Assembly (NCBI GenBank): GCA_973895155.1
Contig: OZ316895.1
Coordinates: 7,490,184 to 7,554,183 of the forward strand
Reading direction: 5' to 3'
Length of the DNA stretch: 64,000 nt
DNA from: Marsupella aquatica
Taxonomy: Eukaryota > Plantae > Marchantiophyta
Shown here in pieces: positions 37,993-52,107 of the stretch. Position numbers and translations under genes: made by a program. Each line of letters opens with the position of its first letter. The stretch's first letter is position 1. The notes beneath the pieces were generated by a model, which did not search any database, was not told the origin of the DNA, and saw only the letters and a program-made list of their open reading frames with translations.

Positions 37993-38930
37993 GTGGAGAG
38001 TTGGGAGCCACAGATTGGTCCTAAGTTGATTGGGGAGGAGAGATGTCGCATGCATCGATTCTTGAAGAGTTACTGGAATTGTTTTGCATTCAGCATGAAG
38101 GATTTGGGGACATTGAAGGGCCCTGGTATTCAGATTGAATTGGCTAGTGATGTGCCAATCTTTCGTAGACCATATCGTTATAGTGACATGAAGAGAGCTT
38201 TGATTCAAAGCAGAATTCAGGATTTGTTGGAGGCTGGTTTGGTAGAGATATCATACGAAGAGTATGCATCTGTCACAGTGATGCCAGCCAAGAAGGATGT
38301 GCATGGTAATTACACGGATAGGCGCATGTGTGGTGATTATCGACCTATTAATCGTCAGACAAAATGTGATCGATATGCCATGCCCACACCTGAGGAGATC
38401 TTTGATGCAGTGGGGTATGCAAGGATTTTTAGTTCGTTGGACCTCAGGGCGGGGTACCATCAGTTGCCAATTAGGCATTCTGACAGGTCCAAGACAACAT
38501 TTTGGGGGATTGATTCTTATGGCAAAGATCGTTTGTATCAGTGGTTGTTCTTACCATTTGGGTTGAAGAATGCACCAGCTGAGTTCCAGAGAGTCATAAA
38601 TCGAATCCTTGCAGGTTTGGATTTTGTCAGATGTTATATTGATGATATTTTGGTCTATTCTTCTACTATGGAAGAACATCAGCAGCACTTGCAGATTGTG
38701 TTGGAGAGATTGAGAGCACATGGGTTGAAGCTCCATCTTGGCAAGTGTAAGTTCTTCCAAGAATAGATTGAGTATTTGGGCCACACTATATACCCAGGGG
38801 GATTGGGTGTACAACAGACTAAAGTGGAGGCCATTACACAGATTCCTCGTCCTACTGATGTGAGCACAGTTCATGCATTCTTGGGATTGGCGAGCTACTA
38901 TAGGAGGTATGTTAAAGGATTTAGCCAGCT
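37993..38930 (+). pseudogene. Reverse transcriptase, Ty3/Gypsy type
   Basis: RMCGDYRPINRQT, FSSLDLRAGYHQL, LPFGLKNAPAEFQR, YIDDILVYS, KCKFF. Confidence 0.96.
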
Positions 38931-38939
38931 TGCTAATTA

Positions 38940-39445
38940 AACCTTTGACCATACTCACTAAGTTGGATCAGGAATGGATTTGGGGTGATGATCAGGAGCA
39001 TGCCTTTCAGGAGTTGAAAGAAAGATTGGTATCATCCCCTATTTTGAGAAGACCCATTTCAGGGAGACCATTTCAGCTACACACTGATTGGAGTGGAGTA
39101 GGACTTGGAGCAGTGTTGACTCAGAAAGATGATGAAGGACATGAGTTTGTTGTGGCATATGCCAGTAGATCAAACAATTCAGCAGAGGCTAAGTATAGCT
39201 CTTATGAGGGAGAGTGTTTGGCAGCTGTGTGGGCCGTGGCACACTTCTGCTATTACTTGTTTGGTAATCCTTTCACTTTGATCACTGATCATTAGCCTCT
39301 CAAGTGGTTAATGGAGTCTGAAAAGCTTACTAGGAAGCCCCGTAGGAAGCTTGCAAGATGGGCATTGTTGTTGCAGGAATATGATTTCCAGGTTGTACAT
39401 AGACCTGGAAAAGTGAACTTGGATGCGGATGGATTGAGCCGCAAC
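38940..39445 (+). pseudogene. RNase H, Ty3/Gypsy type
   Basis: FQLHTDWSGVGLGAVLTQ...VVAYASR...YSSYEGECLAAVWAV...FTLITDH*PLKW...ARWALLLQEYDF...ADGLSR-like. Confidence 0.93.
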
Positions 39446-39759
39446 CCATGTACCTTTAGCAGGATGAGATTGGAGCCAGATGGCATGATGAGTCAGATAA
39501 GGAGATGGTGCCTTTGTTGGGTTCCAGCATGCAGTGGATCTATGGATTCTACATGATGAGTCTTCAGATGTGTATGTTGGTGAGGTAACTTTTGGACAAC
39601 AAGATATTCATAATGATGTGAGAGTGTTGGAATATCTGCGCAGTGGTTCTATTGTTGGTAGTGTTGATGCCAAGGAACGTGACAGGGTTCTACAGAGAGC
39701 CAAGAGGTTTCGATGGGAAGGAAACCATCTTTTGAGAGTACTACGTGATGGTAAGGTAT

Positions 39760-40232
39760 TGGTGGTACCAAAACCATCACAACGAGTACATTTGGTGCGA
39801 CATGCGCACGAGGAGTTAGGGCACTTTAGTGTCAAGCGCACTTATAGCTTGCTGCAAACACAGTACTGGTGGCGTGGTATGCACACTGATGTTCAGCAAT
39901 TGATAGCTAAGTGTGTGGTTTGTGATCGAGTGCGAGCATCATTTAATGCTCCCACTCCCCAATTGCATCCGTTGCCGATCATGGGTTTGGGGTACAGATG
40001 GAGTTTGGACTTTGCTGGGCCATTGCCTCTCACCCAATGACATAACCGTTATGTTTTGGTTATGGTAGAGCACTTCTCCAAGTGGATTGAACTAGTGGCA
40101 TTGCCAGATAAAGCTAGTGGAGGAGTGGCTACCACATTTTTGGATCGAGTACTCAGTCACTTTGGAGCACCAGTTGAGGTGTTGATTGATCAGGGCACGG
40201 AATTCCGTGGAGATTTTGAGGGTTTGTGTGAG
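39760..40232 (+). pseudogene. Integrase, 5' part (HHCC zinc finger and the first two catalytic Asp)
   Basis: HAHEELGHF...CVVCDR; WSLDFAGPLP; VLIDQGTEF. Truncated at GLCE by the CACTA insertion. Confidence 0.92.
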
Positions 40233-40959
40233 CACTAGTAGAAACCGGGGGGTATTTAGACCCCATTAAACGACTATTCAGTACCGTATAGGACTTGGAA
40301 ACGACTGGGAAGGACTCCAGTCCTTTATAGGACTATGAATCGTATGTTTTGTTACTATAATCAACTGAGTCCTTTATAGAATTGGTTTATAAGTCGTTTT
40401 ATAGACTGGATTTTCAGTCTATTGTAGTCTTTGTGTGGGTAGGTTTGGTGAGTCTTTTTCAGTCTTTTATGGGCTACGATGGTGAGTCGTTGGGAACGAC
40501 TCAAAAGGTTATGGAGGGTAGTCTTTAAGTATACTTTGTGGGTTTATAAAACGACTAAAGTAGACACTTTGTGGGGTATATACAAGTCTTTCATGTCAAC
40601 TGGAAATGAGTGATGAAGACCCCACTATACTACTTGGAATGAACTCACTCTTGTGCACAAATAACACATTCCATTCATGTTTTATTGTGTACTTGGAATG
40701 AACTCACTCTATAAGGTCACCATTCACCATGTTAACATTAGAACCTCACACAAATTTTCAGAAAGCCATCTTCTATACCATGTACACTAATATGAATTCA
40801 CAGATTCAAACATCATAGACTACAAAGAAGGTCACAAAGCATTTGTCTATACCATACACACTAATACTGAAATGATACAAAACATATTCAAGTATCATAG
40901 ACAATCACCATAGAGCCATAGTTTGACATCAATCACTTGTTTCATACATACAGAATTCA

Positions 40960-43900
40960 GAAATATCAATGTCACACACAACGGCTCCTTCATCCTCTTT
41001 ACCAAATGGAAAAATTGGTACAGATATTTCTTGGATCTTTCCAAGGCAATGTCAAAATGTAACACAATTCACATGATTCTATCTACACTTGTATTCAGTC
41101 ACTGTAGACTAACACACTCTGATGGCCAGAGCACAAGAGATCCTACTGCATCTGCAATTATTTCCTGAGGTGGATCATCGTCTCTATTCGGAAATGGCAA
41201 ATTACAATTAGATACAATCACTGTAGTCAACAACACTACTACATGGTCATCCGGGACCACTTTGCCATGGAATTTAGCATGATCCGGTCGCAAAATGCCT
41301 GTACCCACACATACCTGCGAGTCATCCTCCCATGATAGAAGATTATGGATTGGCTCTGCTGTGGACCTCCACCTTACCCTGGCTGTTTTTCTTGGCTTTC
41401 CTAGGTGGCTTATACATGACATTATTCATACCTTGGTTGCGAGTCATGACTTTGGCACGAGTGTTTTGAGCTGGTGATCGAGAATTGGCTACACTCTTCT
41501 TCAAAGAATCTGCATCCATATTTGACACTTCCGATTGTGTAGCAGGATTTCCCTGCGACATCATCTTAGTATCTGCCAACATTGTACTTGCTTCAATTGA
41601 AGCATCTACAATCTTACTTGCATCCAATGTTGCTCCCAAGTTTCGACGTCGCTTCACCCTGCTCCCACTTGGTTGAGAGTCTGTCAACTCTGCATCAACT
41701 ACAATTCAGTGCATTGTCCAACATAAGTGAATCACTCATCACATGTGCGCCATGTACATGTCACCAACCACAAAGTTGTCACTATCTCCTTACCATTATG
41801 AACAGCCTTCTTCCCCTTCTTTGCCATTGCCATATCCTCCATGTCTGCTTCTGCTGATCAATAAACACACCACCAAATTCAGGTTCAATCTATTAACCAC
41901 TGAATTGTTTCTCAACAATGGTAGGAGAGGAATTTAAAGCATCAGCTTACCTGATACCTCCTTGGCTATGGTCACTGAGGCACTGGGCATATCTTTTTCA
42001 TTGCTCTTTGAATCACCTGATACATCAATCATGATGTCACTTCAGATCCCAGTTGATCCAACCAGTTCTTACAGAAAAGATTACCTCCAACCGGCTTAAG
42101 CTTCACAAAACTCCATGCACTTTTCAAATGTAATGTACTGGATCATAGCAGGTTACTTGTCTTAGCAACCTTTTTGCCATTATGCTTACTGATTACAGGG
42201 TCCTTCTCTGCCTCCACTCTTCCTGCATTCAAACCATTCACTCAATTCATGAAAACTTACTTCTAACATTTGAACATAGGACACAATGAACAATGGGCCG
42301 GTGTCATTTCCATACCTGTGTCAGATTTGCCAATTCCCTTTTTTGTTAACAAGGGCACACTTTGTACAATGTTGCCCTCATTGTTCGGTTGGGAACCACC
42401 CAATTTTTCAATCACAAGCTTGAAATTAGATTCCACTGATGCAAGAAGGTTCGCTACAGATGCCTCCACAATATCCAAACGATCAGCCAATTTACTTTCC
42501 ACTCGAGGGAGTCCACACTCTAATGACTTCAACCGTTCACACATCTCTGTGAGAGTTGTAACAGTTCCCTGTCATAACACAGCTTACATATCTCAGATAA
42601 TTATCCCCAAGAACTGGTTGCTTACTTCCTACTACAATTCTTTCTGATGCTCAAGGCCAAATAGTCACAGAACATACAAAATTACAACATAATCACTTGT
42701 TTGGAAGTCACACTTGTCACCTCACCCCTTTGTTTCATGAACTCCTCTCTCACTTCTTGTGCTGATGGTTCTTCACCTGTCAATTTCTTCTGCAGTCCAC
42801 ATCAACATACATATGAATGAAACCAAGTGTTGATTGTCAATGAAAATGTAATAATGGTAGCAAGATGATAAGTTTGAGGCTTACTATCAGGCATGTCACT
42901 GCCTTACCAATTGTTCTTTCACTAGAGCATAACTTCCTCTCCCAGCCTGTGACAGGTGTTTCACTTTGCCTCGAGCATTTGACATCAGTTCACTCTTGCT
43001 CTGCCCAACCTCCGACATGAACCCTTTGATTAACCGTGTCCATTGATCCAATGATGGGGGTGGTGGCATTCTCCTGTTAGAACCATTGTCTATCCACATC
43101 CTTTTCAACCTATGCCTCTCTTGTTTCAAAATCCTCATTGCATAATCTGATATGCAATCTTCAACTGGGCCCTTACCATCATTACCAACATAGTCCCACC
43201 GTTCAAGAATGTCCTTGCAGATAGCAGCCCAATCAGCTTTGTTCTGACTCCTAAACTCTATAATGCTCAAATCTAACCAACGCAATACTTCTCCTCTTAG
43301 GTCAGAATGCCAACGGTTCTTACCATCACATGTGGGAGTTATCCAACCATCGGAATTCACTTCTACTTTACCAAATTTGTTACTGTCTCCTGCCTTGGTA
43401 CTCCCTGAAGCGCTACTAGGTGTCCCTCCACGGCCTGGTGTCCCCCCACGGCCTGGGGTCCCTCCACCGCCTGATCTCCCCCCACGGCCTGGATTGCATT
43501 GTCCAAACCTCCCTGGAGTCCTTGCACATTTACAAGATCCATTAGGTAAGTATGAATCATAAATCCTGCTGCCAAATATACACTGGACTTTAGAGCAATT
43601 CTGCAATGACCAAGTTACCTCTCCCTTGGCGCATAGATGGTTCTGGACCACCTGTCCTATTGCTTTGTCTTGATGAATTAGGGCCGTTTCTCCCGCCTGT
43701 GAATGATTGCCTCCTATCTGAATGTGGATGGCCTTTGTTGTTTTCGTGATTGTCCCAATCAAAGTCTGCATACCAACAGGTACATGCCACACTCATGGAC
43801 CTGTAAGATAAACTCTTTGCCCTAGCTACACATCAGATAAGTCCATATTGAGCTAAATCTCTACTACCATCACAAAATCACTAGCACAAGGCACTTACTT

Positions 43901-44241
43901 GTCCAATCATCCTCCTCACCTTTCCATTGCCCTCTGTACCCGTCTCTACCACGCTCTGGGTGTTCATATTCATCCCATCCATCTTCTGCTCCATCATAGT
44001 CATCATCATAATTATCAGGCGTCCCTTGCCAATAACTCTGGCTCCTTCTAGGGTATGGATTATGTGATTTCTCTCTAGCTGCCCACCTACCTGGGACTTG
44101 ATGAGGGCCCTGTGCATCCTGCACAGGTGCATTTTTCTGTGAGCCCCGTGCATCTGGGTCTCCATCCATATCCAATCTTTCCTCTTCACCCCACTCTCCA
44201 AGCCCCATGTCTGTCTCCATGTCATCACCCTCTTCCCCCAT
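40960..44241 (-). pseudogene. CACTA TnpA/Ptta-like accessory gene (multi-exon, partly decayed)
   Basis: 42896-43560 WHSDLRGEVLRWLD...QWTRLIKGFMSEVGQSKSELMSNARGKVKHLSQAGRGSYA resembles the En/Spm Ptta block. 41099-41330 VGTGILRPDHAKFHGKVV...IADAVGSLVLWP resembles the En/Spm C-terminal domain. A coiled-coil exon lies at 42263-42544. Confidence 0.65.
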
Positions 44242-44379
44242 AGCTTCTGCACAGCACCCACAACCAAACAGAGAGAATTAGCACACTAAATTCAAAGTAT
44301 CAATCAATTTCATGCATATCCAACTATCCTAAACATCATTCCAAGCAGCAATTCCCGTTTTGTGACTCTGTGCAGGTAG

Positions 44380-47300
44380 TCATCCTCAACTTCATACTTG
44401 CCAATTGCCAGCTGTTGCCTATTGCAAATCATCAACCTCATCATATTCCATTTGCCCAGGTTCATCATATGTCTCTCTCAATGTTAAGGGGATGTAGTCA
44501 GTCCCTGCCCGAGTTGGAAGTACAGTCTCGTGACTAGGATGCTCGAATGCAGCATGGTCATCCAAACTGAACTCTACTTTACTTCCATCCATCCGCCTGT
44601 TCCGTGCTTGGCTATGGCATACCACCCTCCAGCCATGTGACTCCTCCACATCTGCAAAGCTAGAAAGCCTGTTCAACTTGGCTAGGGAAAACAAAAGGCT
44701 CAGACCATTCTGGTACTTTGGACCTAAAATTGGCCAACAAGAACCCATCATGATCACGCTTCATGGTGGCCCTTGATCTCTGCCACTCTGATTTCACCCA
44801 TGATCTCTTCATCAATATCACTGGGACACTTGTGTTACTAACCATAATTCAACACCCAAATGTCGGTCAACTCCCCCACGTAACCCATCTTCATCCACCC
44901 CCTCTGTTCTTCAAAGGTTCTCTGCTCAAACACAGAAATCAAACCACAATCATATGATACACAATGGTCACCCTGCTCATCCCTCACTTGATAATGATTT
45001 CCATAAGCTCTCATCCGTTTGTAGGTCAGAATAGACAATCGTGGTGGCACAGATAGAAGATACAAATCCTTCTCCATATCTGGGTGATGTCTACTATGCT
45101 CTCAAATTGTCACCCGAATCCACTGCTCGAACTGTGGGAAGGGATCCTGCTGCCCAGAGTGTGCAACTTTTTGCATATCATATTCCCTGCAATATGAGGT
45201 ACAGGCATAGTTAGGTCTAAACAACACATGACAACCTAAGATCACCCTTGGAACAGACAAGAAGCATCACAACAAAGGCAAGTCAATTCAATCACTCACC
45301 TCCACCATGGTTGCATAGGCTCTGTGTTTGCCAGCACATATGAATGAGCCTTGTCTTGAATCGCAACAGGCAGCTGAACAGCATGTCCCACACCTTCAAC
45401 AACCTCGCCACTCACTCCATCATCTTCACCAGATTTCCAAACTCTTGTCATAGCTTCACCAGACCCAGCCATGTACTCTGTTAGGAACCCCAACGTCTCA
45501 TCCTTAATGTACCCCAATGCCATGGAAGCCTCTGGCCTGTAGTATGTTCTCACATGACCTTTCAACAACTTCATGTATCGCTCCATAGGGTACATCCATC
45601 TGGTACTGACTGGCCCATACTGCCCTAGCTCTTCTACCACATGGATTAGGAGATTCAGAGTCATAACATCAAAGAAAGCAGGGGGGAAGTATATCTCCAA
45701 GTCACAGAGGACATAAGCAGCATCCTGCTTCAACTGCTCCAATCCTTGGGGATCCCACACTTTCACACATATACGGCGAAATACATTGCACAGTCGAAGA
45801 ATGACATTACGGACTGGTTTCTGCATGAGACCTCTAAGGCATAGGGGCAGAATGTGCTGCATCAACACATGGTAGTCATATGTTTTCATACTGCCAAGTT
45901 TATTCTTTGTAATATGCTTCTTGAAGGCACCAGCATAGCCAGAGGGCACTTTCAGACAGCTCAATCTATACAAGAATGTCTTCCATTTTTCTTGTGTCAC
46001 ATAGGGAGCTTGGAACTTGAGAAGTACATTGGGATTGCTTGCATGGGGCTTCAACCAAAGGTGAGGGCGAATCCCCTTCTGTTGCATATCAGCTCGAACT
46101 GCTCCTGTATCTTTCTCACTCGACAAGAACTTCAGCAAGCTCTCACAAATATTTTTCTCAATGTGCATGACGTCAACATTGTGTTTGCTGGGCTCGAATT
46201 CCTGCACTCCACAAAGCAAAGAATTCAACAACAGAAACACTAATTAACCACATAGGAGGATTGTAACCAACATCAATCCACCATTGCTCCAATCTAAAAT
46301 TGCAATCATACAGGGGCTGGAGGCTAAGTACATTACCCTCCAGTACTCCAACTCCAAGTCCATCAAGGTCTGTCTTTTCACATCGTGTTTCACCACTGGA
46401 TCCTCAGGTTCTCGATCAGTGGCACTTCTCTTGTCCCAATCAGCCTTCCTGGCTGCCCACCTCAGGGCTTGCTCTCTGGTGACCCTCTGTGGTGGGCCAT
46501 GAAGCTCTGTTTTATTGTTGAAGTGTGCAATTTGAGACCGTGTGTGCCTGTAAGGATGATCAGCAGGCGGATACCTTCTATGCCCCTGAAATTTCATACT
46601 GTGCAGGGCATGCGACCACTCACTTGTCACATTTTTCCCACATGGTGTGCACCCCACATAGCCCTTTGTCACTCGTCCAGATATGATGCCATGGCCTGGG
46701 TAATCTGCTATATCCAGCAAACAAATTGCATGCAGTCTAAAGGGGCTGGGTCGAAAAGCCCCTTCAGAACATCATGGGTTAACACCCCTTCTATCCACAA
46801 AGTCTTCCACTCTTCCACTGTTGGAGCCAACATGATATCTATGAATTGCTCGGTCACAGAAGCTGGTCCAGGGATTAACAGCACCATCATGACAAAAAAC
46901 CTCTTTGTAGTCATCCATGGGGGAAGGTTGTAATTTAGCAGCGTAACCGGCCAACATGAATAACGGTTGTTTTTGTCTCCAAATGGGTTTACTCCATCCA
47001 GTGATAGACCAAATCGAAAGTTCCACTTCTCTGCAGCAAACTGTGGTCACCTCTCATCAACAAATTTCCAATGGTTGGAATCTCCAATGTGACGCTGCAG
47101 GCCATCACTACTCTTGTTATCAGGAGTCCATGTCATCAGCTTGGAAATGGCAGGGCATCTAAACAGACGTTGTAGTCTAGGAATGAGAGGAAAATGACGA
47201 AGAACCTTGGCAGGGTGTGTACATTTCCCTACATTCTTGTACCTATGCTTACCACAATGAGGGCATGTCAATTTATCTGCATGCTCTTTGCGAAAGAGAA

Positions 47301-48138
47301 CACACCCATCAGGGCATGCGTCAATAGACACATAGTTCAGCCCAAGGTTAGACATCAATTTCCTAGCCTCGTACGTATTTTTTGGAATTGAATTACCATC
47401 TGGTAACACATTTCGGTGCAGGAAGGTCAACAACTCTGTCACAAATATATTGGGAACATTGTGATTGCCATAGATGTTCAACAACAACATGACAAAACCC
47501 AGCTTGGAGCAGTTCGACCCCTCGTAGATAGGAATGCAAGCTTCTTTGATGTGTTTTGGGCCCCCAAACACCCACTCCCTCTCTGTTGCACCTTCCCCAA
47601 TGTCAAAGTCAGGTTCAGCTTGGCCATCTCCAATGTGTGGCTGCGGTTCATTGTCCTCTTCTGATTCCACTGTGTCGTAAAAAGCATCAAGGTCTTCAAA
47701 AATCTCTTGAACCATTCTTGGGACATCCATCCCAACGTCCTCAGTGACTGCCTCTGCATCTCCATCTTGGTCATCCACGTTCTCATGTTGGACCCCAGGA
47801 CCATCCTCTACACAGTCTATGTCCTGCTCTATGTAGTCTCTACGCCTAGTTGTATTAGAATCCACAAAGTCAGCTCTCCACTCTTCATCAGAGGAGTCTT
47901 CTTCTGCTGGTACATTCCAAACCCTCCACCGAGGGTGCCTTTCATGCCGCAGCAGGTGAAGGTGCACAGTGTTCAAACTCAACGACTTGAATCCTTGGCA
48001 CTGTGTGCATGGGCATCTCATCCTCCTACTCCTACCTTGGGCGGCCCGGGCTTGTTCACGCATCCACAATTTAGAATCATGATGCCTAATCCTAAATGGG
48101 TTGTGAAGAGGCAACCTTGGAGCCATCACTATACACAC
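44380..48138 (-). pseudogene. CACTA TnpD-type transposase with frameshifts
   Basis: MRCPCTQC..HL (transposase-associated), SIDACPDGCVLF...CPHCG..RY...KVLRHFPLIPRL, DYPG, DVMHIEKN, FPPAFFDVM...RWMYPMERYMKLLK, EPFVFPSQVEQAF. Confidence 0.92.
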
Positions 48139-49179
48139 GCACTCATTTTATTATGCAAGTGAAAAATACACTTCCTGTTAAGGATTTCACCCCCGACTAT
48201 ACTTGCCAAAATACGTAGCATAACGTTCCAAAAAAACAAAAAATATAGCTGCCTGAGTCATGTACCTATTCTCAAGTGAATGAGACAAAATTCCTAAATG
48301 TTTGAGGGTGTCAACTCCTCCGCTGTCCTCACATGTACTGCCTCTGCACGTACATCCATGACCATATCAGAGTCCAATCATGTATAGTCATAGACACAGG
48401 TGCCAGGTGCGAGACCGGTGTGAGATGTCCTCATCTTACTACCACATCAAATACAGATACCAATCCTGTTGTCGATGCCACTCAGCCCTGAGGTACTCAG
48501 GCATGTACATTAAGTCATCAAGGTCTAAACCCTGCTCATGCCATGGTGGTCTTCGATCCGTGCCTACAAGCAGTGGCAGCAATGCCCTCCATGGTGCACA
48601 TGTTGCTACCAAGTCCCTCCACTAGGTACTAATTAGTCTATATTTGCAGATATCTTGTGCGCCAGACACCACAAGAACCCTCGGCCAGACATGTGTAAGA
48701 ACTATATCATACTGCCAAATCAGGCAACAAGGAACCACCTACAGCATCGTGCTTGTCTAACTCATCTGCTGAAAAGTAAATGTCCTCTTCGGACTGTGCA
48801 TCCTCATTCACCATAGCATTCACAACACATCCAAGGTCTGCAGGCATTATCTCGGATGGAGCTACACTCTGTCTGGTTACCAATCCACACAAGTAAGCCC
48901 AAGCAGTAGCCATGCACGATGCAACCCGTAGGAGGATCCTACATAGGGCCTGTCGGTCTGGAAGAGGCAACATACCCACCAAAGTCTTCAGCTAAACAGA
49001 GCCCAGCAAGTAGATTCACAGTCACACCCCACGCAGCAGGAAACAACAATCACTTCAACTGCGACCAACCATGACAAGATGAGTTAGTTCAAGGATCACA
49101 TTTATTACAAAATTGTGATTTATACAAAAATATGAGGGACTCCTACTCCTCACTTTCTCCCACCATTGGTAAGCATACA

Positions 49180-49910
49180 TCTTCGCTGAAGCTTGGAGGG
49201 CCAGGCCTCAAAAATATCAAAGTCCCAAGCATTCTGTCATTTCCCTCTCGCTGCTGATTCCAGAAGCCAATCAGGGGAAAGCACCCAAAGATTGTTGTTC
49301 ATGACAAAATGACGCACTGTTGTCTTAAAGAATTTTTTGCATATTTTCATGTATGACAGACCTACAACATGAGTGGAGGTTTCTGTTAGACTCTCCTCCA
49401 CTGTCCCAACTAGCTCAACAACTATGGACTTGTACAGTCTGCACTTAGTCTCCCCAATTCCCTCTTCTGCAAATACCACACTAAACCCCTTCATAATGGT
49501 ATTTCTCTCCTTGCCATGCTCATTCAATATAGCATCTGCACGCATAGGATGGTGTCCTATGTTGACAACAGGTCCATATTGGACAGAAGCAAAGTTGGGT
49601 TTCTCTGTCGCTGCTTCATAGGCTTCCTTTTCAGCCAAAGCCTCTATAGTGGCCTCCTCACTCTCCCACAACTCATATTGCTCAGTACTCTGTACACACC
49701 TATGTTTAACAGAATCAATCAGCCAAGAGACTTCAACCACTTTTAGACCTTGGTTGGTAATGGCAGAATCAATGAAGGACCATGACCACTTGTTCATCAC
49801 ATCCAGCCATGTCCCCGCAACAACATGTGTAGTCTATGGAGTGATGTCCTTGACTTCAGTCCCATGGAACTCTGAGAATCGTTTTTGTACGATTGGCCTG
49901 TGGTATACCC
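49180..49910 (-). pseudogene. Tandem BRCT-domain cargo gene inside the CACTA
   Basis: DITP*TTHVVAG...LKVVEVSWLIDSVKHRCVQSTEQYEL and IMKGFSVVF...GTVEESLTETSTHVVG...VLSPDWLLESAARGK: two copies of the THVV...W(L/I)xDS BRCT signature. Confidence 0.75.
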
Positions 49911-52107
49911 GTTAGCGATAATCTTCTAAATAGGAGACATTTTTAATTTTTTTGGATGGAAGTTAGAAACTTTGAGGTTGTAAGCAGGATAATTAGCCAT
50001 AAAGAGCATTAAGTGAGTAGGGAAGAGGAACGGCCTTTACCAAGAAATGAGCGCTTCAACCTGGTGACCGGTAGCAGTAAGAGCGCGAGAAAGAATGAGT
50101 ACTGGCGGAGGAGCTATGCAGGTCGAGGAAGAAAACCGAAGGCTTAGGACAATTGTTGAAGCTGTAATGTGACACCACTGATTGAAGACTGGGCGCTGCG
50201 AGTAAAACAGGGATAATTTTTGGGCAGAAGTGTCAACTCACAAGAGGCGCCCTCTGTTAGTAGTTCTTAAGACAGCACTATTTACTTACTCAGAGCACCT
50301 TTAGTAAGTTTACTAAGTAGATGTTCACTATTGTTTTACCGACAGCGCTACTAGTTGATTTTCCACCATAGTAAGAAGTCTCTTTTCTAGTTAGCAGCAC
50401 TCAGTACTCTACTACTTTTCATACTAGTTAAAACTACAGTATGTAGTTTAGTTTAGATCAGCCTTTCTAGATCTCATTTTAGTTACTTTTCTTTCTAGAT
50501 TCTAGGGAACACTTTCTCTGCCCTGACTTTGATGATACTTAAGCCCTTGTTTTTCCTCATTTCGGGTGAGAAGGACTAAATTGGAAGCCTGGCTGTAGAT
50601 GCAAGACTCCCGGTCGCTCCCTTTGTTTGTGATCTATTCAGTTGTAGAGATTGCAAATGAAGTAAATGTTTGTGTTGAGGAATTTGTTTTGAAAGATTCC
50701 TCGATAAACAAGTGTATGTTCAACTTCTGGAAATCAAGATGAATTTTATGATTGATTGCTTACAGTGATGAGAATCATTCAAAATTCAAAGATGAATGTT
50801 TATAGGAAAGTGTCAAATCTATCATTGAGGGACAAGAGTACCATTATTATGCCCTGGACTTTTGCATTAGTATTTTGTCTATGCCATACCTGATGCCTAG
50901 CCAAACCGTGTTGCCATCATTTTAATGCAAAGCTCGGCAATTATAATCTGAAATTTACCTTGAAAACGGTAGAGATTATATCTTTCCTGTGATCTTCTCA
51001 TGACAAGAGCGAAATTTTGAAGGAGAAGAATATAGGAGAATGGGTTGAGTAAGACCCTAATCTTTGTTGAAGGAAGGGCAATGCCATTCATATTCCTTGA
51101 ATTCTTCCTTATGTAAATCCACCTTCAATCATGATTCCAGAATTAGTTGTTACTGGTTGATTTTATTCTGTGTTTGATCGGTTGAAGATAGAGAAATTTG
51201 AGAGGTCAGCTTATATCTCTTCATTAACACTATTTCCTTCAATAGCTTCCACTTTGTTCTTTACGGGATCGACTTTGGGTTATCTTTGGCTTTAAACCTT
51301 GTGTTTTATTTATAGACCTATACCACATGGCCAACTCACTTGGGTGAACCCATAGTGGCCAGGAATCAAAATGGCTTTGATTCCAGCCAACAGATGCGGG
51401 TGGTCAACCTTTGTACGTTTCCTACAGGCCATGTACACACACCCCACCTAATCACTGCAGACCGGAAGATAATGCGTTCACCTGATAATTGGAGGGCCTC
51501 TAAAATGCTGCGTTTATAACTTGGTCCAGTCCAGTCGTCTGGTGAGTCTCTGCTCCGATTCCAAACAGGAGAAATATTGGGACAAACGTACTAGACACCT
51601 TCAAGGATGCACCTCATAGGTTGAATATGAATGTGCCTTCACAATATTGAAGGTGACAAGTGCAATTGTTTTGTGATGCCACATACAGATGTTGTAAATG
51701 GGCAAACATTCAATGAGAATACAAAATGTTGGTACACAAAGGGAATTCTCGCAATTTAAATAGCCTTGTAACTTATATGCTCATAATCAGAAGTCCTGAT
51801 TTAATTTAAGCAGTGTCATGTAAGTCGTGATCAAAATGATTGTAGAGTTAAAAAAGTTCCTACAAGGCTTAAGGAGAGTTTTTGAAGGCATGTACCCAGG
51901 AACAAGTAATGAACTTAGGGTACTTGTTGCCTAAGCATCCTCTCCTACAGAGGTCCTTCTCAAAATTGGAATGTCTGCAATCTCCAAGGTATCCACATTA
52001 GGTGCACTATGCAAGTACATTATTCAGGTTCAAAGCCAAGAAATGTGATCTCTCATAGGAGTGTGCAAAGTAGGATCTATGGCATGGCGATGACAATAGA
52101 AGATCCA

